A stretch of DNA of 64,000 nucleotides from Piromyces finnis finn (taxonomy: Eukaryota; Fungi; Neocallimastigomycota), in NCBI GenBank assembly GCA_002104945.1, contig MCFH01000001.1, forward strand, positions 2,480,001 through 2,544,000. The letters are read 5' to 3'. A model generated the notes under the pieces. It had not been told where the DNA came from, made no database searches, and worked only from the letters and a program-made list of their open reading frames with translations. The translations under genes were made by a program, and so were the position numbers. Shown piece after piece: positions 60,742-64,000 of the stretch; the stretch's first letter is position 1, and each line of letters begins with the position of its first letter.

Positions 60742-63700
60742 TTTGTATTAATTATTAGTTTATTCTATTTTTTGTGGTTATTTATTTTATATTAATTGTT
60801 ATTTTTTTTTTTTTTTTTGACTTTTTGTATCTATTAATGAATTTTTTTTTCTTTTGTTTTTTTTTTTTTTTCTTTAAAAAATTATAATAATTATTTAGTA
60901 TTATTATAATTTTTTATATATTTATCTAATTTTTTTTCTATAATAAATAATTTAATAATATTCTTGATAAAATAAAAAAAAAAATTTTAAAAAACAACAA
61001 AATAATTTTTCTTTTTAAATACTTTTTTTTTTTTAAATTACATTGTTAATTCTAACCAATGAATCTTTAAAAGTTGTTTCTATAGATTAAAAAAAATAGT
61101 TTTTTATTTAAATGAAAACTGCTATAAATTATAATAAATAAACTTTTTATTGTACTACTTTATATACTTTTATATCAAATATGTAACCAAATTTTAAATT
61201 TATTAATTTAGCACATACCAATAAAAATATTAAATTTAATTTTCTAATAATTTAAATAATTTATTTTTATAATTTAATTAATAACTTTAATAACTAATAA
61301 ATTTTAATTTATTCCATAAAAAAGTCAACCTTCATCATATATTAATAAGAATCCAGAATATAACCAATAAATAATATATTATATGATAAAATGACATAAA
61401 TTTATGTTTATTCAACATTAATAAAATATATTAAAAAAAATTAGTCATTAAATAAAATTTATAATAATAATGAATGAATAATAATTTTTAATGACTGTAT
61501 AATAAAAAAAGAAAATGATAATATTTTTTTTTATATGCGGTAACTCTTTCTATATTAGTGAACAAAAAGTTTTACTATAAAAAAGTCTACTTGAAATAAA
61601 AGAAAAAAAGTTTATAAATAGGTAAAATAATAATAAAAAAAAAGATCATAGCAGCTATAATAGTAGAAAATTATGGAATAAAAATAATTAGTATTAATTA
61701 ATTCTAAATGATATTTTTTCTCTTCCATTGTAATTAACAATGTATCTATTCTTTATTTCTTTCCTTTAAAAAAAGGAATTATATTTATAAATATTAAAAG
61801 ATTCAATTTTTATTGTTTTATTTATATAATGATCTTTTTATGAATAAGCTTTTTTATACAAATATCTTTTGTTCCTTACATCTTTTTTTTTATTTATTTA
61901 TTCACCCTTACAGGACAATTTTTAAAAGTAGATTTGTTTTACAAATTTTAATTTATACTTTTCTCCCAGACATTAAATAATCTTTTAAATTATTAACTAT
62001 TATTAAAAAAAAGAGTTCTTTCTTATTAATCATAGTTAATGAGAAATATGAAATAAAAACATCACTTTTTATTCAAGTCTCTTTCTATAGAAATATATAT
62101 ATATATAAAAGAAAAGTTAAAATATACAATTCTTTATTCTTATTTATTATTTTAAAAAATTTTATAAAAGAATAGGTAGAATTCGATTCATGAATACATT
62201 TTATATCACAGAAATAAGCAATTGTTGGAATATTAAAAAGGGATACAAATCATATAACAATAACATTACTTTATATTAATTATAAAAAAATAAGTAATAT
62301 ATAAAACTATATATATTTTATATACAATGAATTTATTCTATATAGGGTAATTTATAAAAAATTATTTCTTAGTTTAAATAATAGTATAATATAATATAAT
62401 ATAGTATATTTATATAATTATATATGAATTTTATCAATTCTAATTTAATTTAAATATTGTTTTCCCTTCTATTTTTTGATATGTACTCTTTTTTTATAAT
62501 TTATTAATATATTAATTAAATTAAATGAATATTGTTGTACAAATAAATAAATATATTAATTTAATGAATCATTAATTTTTTTAAATTAAAAAAAGAACTT
62601 TATTGTTTATTAAAAAGAATGAAAAATTTTCCAATAAAGAATTTTAAAGTTTAATTTTTTATCCAAAATTTCAATTTCCATGCTTATTTTTACATTAAAA
62701 TGTGGTGGGTGTTTTAGGTTTTAATAAAAAATCTGTAAGAACAAAAAAATAGATTATCATGAAATTTAGTATAAGAAAAATAATAATAAAAAAAAAAAGA
62801 ATGAAATGTCGATAAATACAATAAAAATCATTCTTAATAATGAAAGAAAATTTGCTTAATGATTAGAATAATTAAATTGCAAAAAATAATCATGACAATA
62901 AATAATAAAATAATAAAATAAAAAAAAATGAAATAGAATATAAAAATATTGTTTAATATTCTTTATTCTAATACCTTTCTTTTATTTAATTTTATTTTTT
63001 TGCATGATTATTTAAAGCTATTTAATTATTATAAAGAATGATTGTTTTATATACCATTTTAAATTTTATCATTATTAATATTACTATCAATAGTAAAGAA
63101 AATCTTCAATATCATTATTAATGATTTTAAACCTAATATTCTATTACTATTAATCATACAATACTATAAATGTTGTATATTTTTGTTATCTAAACGATAA
63201 TAATAATTATTTATATAAAAGGGTAATTTTTATAACATGTCTGGGTTAGATTAACATCCAAGGTTAAAATTATTATTTTTAAAATTTGAATGAAAATAAA
63301 TTTTTATGAAAGGAAAAAGTTTGGATGAAAATTTAAAAAACGGACTACCGCCGTTTCCTTTTTTATATTTTAATTAAAAAATTTTTTTTAATTAAAATTC
63401 TTCCTAATTATAAAATTATTATATACCAAGAAAAAGGTTGATGGAAATTTTACTTTTATTGGCATGGTTAAAACAACAGGATGATAACCTTTTGAAGATT
63501 AAGCAAAAAGTATATACATTTTATATTCAATATTTGTAGAAACTGTTCCTTTTTTACTATTCAATTATTTAAATAATTATATATATATTCAACTATATAA
63601 ACTTATTTGTTAAAGCATATAATAACTTTTAATTAAAAATTCTAGCTAGGGTTTTTATTAATATTTTTTTTTTAATATGGTTTACTAAATTAATAACACT

Positions 63701-64000
63701 TTTTATCAATAAATATTTATTAAAAATGAATTTCAAAGTTTTTTTTTGTTTTATTTTATATTTATTATTTTATTATAGTAATTATAATTTTTTACATGGT
63801 ATATAATTATTAATATTATGAATGATATAAAATATCATTTTATATATATTAATACATTATTAAAGTAATTAATTATAATTTACTTTGGTATATTTTCGTT
63901 TTGTTTTAGTTTAAAAGGGTATAATAATATTCATTATATATATATATACACCTTGACATTTGCTTATTTTTTATTTTTTTTGCAATTATAATGGATAACT

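Noticed and set aside
59780-60751. 323-aa V/G/A-rich + strand ORF
   Set aside because: Antisense mirror of the Thr/Pro repeat gene, which has the signal peptide and preferred codons
60800-64000. Search for tRNA, rRNA, snoRNA or further exons
   Set aside because: No cloverleaf, box motifs or phased exons that I can support; appears to be ordinary AT-rich intergenic DNA

Overview
Extremely AT-rich eukaryotic DNA with short GT-AG introns, almost certainly from an anaerobic gut fungus (Neocallimastigomycota): it encodes fungal (CBM10-type) dockerins, CotH, CBM29-like and CBM18 modules. The ORF track ignores introns, so I rebuilt the spliced genes by hand and checked exon phases. Mobile elements: the 3' end of a Ty1/copia LTR retrotransposon (RT YVDD, RNase H, PPT, LTR); one full-length single-ORF LINE with a 13-bp TSD, 54-nt poly(A) and structured tandem 5' monomers; a 5'-truncated, disabled sister copy; and an older 3' relic. 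Genes: a secreted CotH kinase with 3 CBM29-like modules and a CBM1-like tail (1-nt frameshift in a Thr-rich minisatellite); a stand-alone bacterial-type solute-binding protein with a GPI/TM-like tail; three ankyrin proteins; a 92-aa repeat protein of unknown function; a 7-exon LRR + 3xCBM18 protein; a tail-anchored MATH-domain protein; a dockerin-ricinB-GH95 fucosidase; an SGNH/CE16-like esterase with two dockerins; an intronless 1609-aa protein resembling bacterial ter-associated (TerD-domain) proteins with its N-terminal module duplicated; and a convergent pair of secreted Thr-rich/acidic proteins sharing a C-terminal C-(F/Y)-(V/I)-K-K motif. Family assignments come from motif recognition, not database searches.
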